Source: Octopus sinensis
Taxonomy: Eukaryota
Reading direction: 5' to 3'
Assembly (NCBI RefSeq): GCF_006345805.1
Contig: NW_021827917.1
Location: 1-9,475, forward strand
Length of the DNA stretch: 9,475 nucleotides
In this document: positions 7,470 to 9,475 of the stretch, in pieces
Layout of the letters: the number at the start of each line of letters is the position of its first letter
Numbering within the stretch: the stretch's first letter is position 1
Program-made: the position numbers and the translations under genes
Notes under the pieces: model-generated
Database searches by the model: none
Seen by the model: the letters and a program-made list of their open reading frames with translations, nothing else
What the model was told of the DNA's origin: nothing

Positions 7470-7943
7470 AAATTTTTACCACAAGAACAGCTTGGGGAAA
7501 GTGGGGGGTGAGTACAAGTGTTCAACTGGAACTTATTTTATCGACCCTGAAAAGATGAAAGGCAAAGATGACCTCGGCGGAATTTGAACTCAGAACGTAG
7601 CGACGGGCGAAATAACGCTAAGCATCCTTTTCTACTCTAGGCACAAGGCCAGAAATTTTTTGGTGGGGGGGGGGCTGTCGATTAGGTCGACAACAGTACT
7701 CAACTGGTACTTCATTTATCGATCCCGAAAGGATGAAATGTAAAGTCGACCTCGGCGGAATTTGAACTCAGACGTAACGACAGACGAAATACCGCTAAGC
7801 ATTCTTTTCTACTCTAGGCACAAGGCCAGAAATTTTTGGGTGGGGGGGGCTGTCGATTAGGTCGACAACAGTACTCAACTGGTACTTCATCTATTGATCC
7901 CGAAAGGATGAAAGGTAAAGTCGACCTAGGCGAGATTTGAACT
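7470..7943 (-). mobile_element. Headless SINE family C-related array with an alternative tail (~3 units, period 177 bp)
   Basis: It shares the core GAGTTCAAATTCCGCCGAGGTCGACTTT...ATAAATGAAGTACCAG, but the tail is ...CCCCACC(C/A)AAAAATTTCTGGCCTTGTGCCTAGAGTAGAAAAG. Junctions are at 7621-7625 and 7798-7802, and the leftmost unit is more diverged. Confidence 0.85.
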
Positions 7944-8595
7944 TGAAGCATTTTTGAGGGAGGACATTCGGCGAAAGCGACCGGATCTGCGGAGCGCGAA
8001 TTGGATTCTTCACAAGGATTCTGCCCCCCGTCACCGAGCGTTCCTCAGTCGACAGTTTCTCGACAAAAACACGGCGTCGCTTCCGTACCCGCTTTATTCA
8101 CCAGATTAAGCACCTTCCATCTCTTTTCCACGATGAAAATGCAGCACAAAAATCGCTATTTTAATGCCATTAAAAGTGAGGATACTGACGGAAGTGTTGT
8201 CTTCAAGGAAGTTTGCTGAAAGGTGAGTGAATGTCGGGAAAAGGGTCAATGTAAAAGGACCTGTCTGGACTATGCACCTGTCAAAAGGAAAAAGGGAGAG
8301 GGTTCTTGCCTTGTTGTCCAGGCCACCCCTGGCTTCTGTGAGTTTTCCCACGTGTAGCCTTCAAGTGTCTCCCCCTATTGGAAGATTTTAATTGTTGCAT
8401 TTTAATGCAGCACAAAAATCGCTATTTTAATGCCATTGTCAAGATACAGAGCGAATCGCAGAAAGTCCTCGACTCCCTTACGGGAAACGACTTCTGGGCC
8501 GGATTCCCAAAGTGGTGGGAATGCTGCGGCTAGTCACCATCCGCAGGATCGCTGCGCATGGTGACTGTTTCGAAGGATATGACACTCAATCTTAG
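7943..8595 (+). pseudogene. Mariner (DD34D) transposase C-terminal half, degraded and interrupted by a LINE fragment
   Basis: It reads LREDIRRKRPDLRSANWILHKDSAPRHRAFLSRQFLDKN...YPLYSPD*AP (HxDNA-like and YSPDLAP-like motifs). After a frameshift and removal of the insertion it continues FHLFSTMKMQHKNRYFNAIVKIQSESQKVLDSLTGNDFWAGFPKWWE...GDCFEGYDTQS*. The ending resembles the GDYFE C-terminus of irritans-type mariners. Confidence 0.88.
8172..8403 (+). mobile_element. Short second copy of the Tx1-like 3' region, inverted relative to ~6337-6570
   Basis: There are about 11 mismatches over 234 bp against the reverse complement of 6337-6570. It is flanked by a 34-bp direct repeat at 8138-8171 and 8404-8437. 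Confidence 0.9.
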
Positions 8596-8604
8596 ATACT
8601 CTTT

Positions 8605-9004
8605 TTCTCTTTTACTCTTTTACTTGTTTCAGCCATTTGACTGCGGCCATGCTGGAGCAACGCCTTTAGTCGAACAAATCAACCCCAGGACTTATTCTTT
8701 GTAAGCCCAGTACTTATTCTATCGGTCTCTTTTGCCGAACCGCTAACTGACGGGGACGTAAACACACCAGCATCGGTTGTCAAGCAATGCTAGGGGGACA
8801 AACACAGACACACAAACACACACATACATATACATATATATGACAGGCTTCTTTCAGTTTCCGTCTACCAAATCCACTCACAAGGCATTGGTCGGCCCGG
8901 GGCTATAGCAGAACACACTAGCCCAAGGTGCCACGCAGTGGGACTGAACCCAGAACCATGTGGTTGGTTAGCAAGCTACTTACCACACAGCCACTCCTGC
9001 GCCT
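8605..9004 (-). mobile_element. SINE family A, near full length
   Basis: It is collinear with 71-475, with the same head, internal microsatellite and AGTAAAAG tail. Confidence 0.92.
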
Positions 9005-9167
9005 ATGATAAGTAGGTTATTTATTTTTATTAAACATGACTACTCAGGGAAGCTTTTGATGCCACGTATGTGGAGCCGTCACCGGTGCTTCTTACGTTGA
9101 ACCAGCACCGGTCGTGACACCAGGTACCTTGCACGACAAAAACTCCACAATTAGGTGTAAGATGGAG

Positions 9168-9475
9168 TAGTTAGTTAGTTAGTTAGTTAATTTTGGGGCT
9201 CAAAAAGCATAAAGCAAGGCCATGTAGGGGGACATGGAGTTACGTACAGGGTGGTGTTCATGTAAAGAGTTCAGGCCACTTGTGGTCAAGGGAGACTTTG
9301 AACCGAGCGGTCGTCGGCATCTTCACCATCTCGTCCGGCAGCTTATTCCACGGATCCGCAACCCGGACGGAGAAAGCCCCTCTCCTTCGATTGAGATGAA
9401 TTCGTTGTAGATAGAGCTTTTCGGAGTGACCCCGCAGCCCAAGCTCTGGAGCAGGAGTGAAGAACAGCTCTTTCG
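9168..9475 (-). mobile_element. CR1-clade LINE 3' end: ORF C-terminus (9258-9473), 3' UTR and (AACT)n tail
   Basis: The stop-free frame KELFFTPAPELGLRGHSEKLYLQRIHLNRRRGAFSVRVADPWNKLPDEMVKMPTTARFKVSLDHKWPELFT* carries the CR1 C-terminal pattern LRGH-x-x-KL...FS-x-RV...WN-x-LP...FK-x-x-LD. The tail (TAGT)5 is at 9168-9189, and the element continues past the window. Confidence 0.9.

Noticed and set aside
5020-7943. CRISPR-like array
   Set aside because: The units are contiguous ~180-bp homologues with no unique spacers, there are no cas genes, and the context is eukaryotic.
6337-8405. A single 2-kb DNA transposon with ~230-bp TIRs and TTAA ends (piggyBac/Kolobok-like)
   Set aside because: Both arms are Tx1-like ORF end and 3' UTR. 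The right arm has its own 34-bp flanking duplication inside a mariner, and the interior has no matching transposase.
9168-9189. Telomere-like repeat
   Set aside because: The unit is TTAG, not TTAGGG, and it lies exactly at the CR1 3' end as its tail.

Overview
This is AT-rich animal genomic DNA made almost entirely of nested transposable-element remains. The SINE families look like those of octopus, which is recognition from memory and not a database result. No intact cellular gene, rRNA, true tRNA or CRISPR array is present. Three tRNA-derived SINE families occur, labelled A, B and C here. There are four LINE remnants: an RTE-like 3' end split by two SINE insertions, a Tx1/L1-like 3' region with a CCHC knuckle, a short inverted second copy of it, and a CR1 3' end that is open to the window edge. 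There are also two mariner transposase remnants, three MITE-like elements and microsatellites. Removing insertions at their flanking duplications restores RTE, Tx1 and mariner reading frames, which fixes the insertion order. The most unusual signal is SINE family C. It occurs as arrays of B-box-retaining ~180-bp body units joined at fixed junctions behind a single tRNA head, and its tail matches the probable 3' end of the neighbouring Tx1-like LINE. CpG-rich unique segments at ~490-870 and ~1430-1745 have promoter or first-exon hints, but the evidence is weak.
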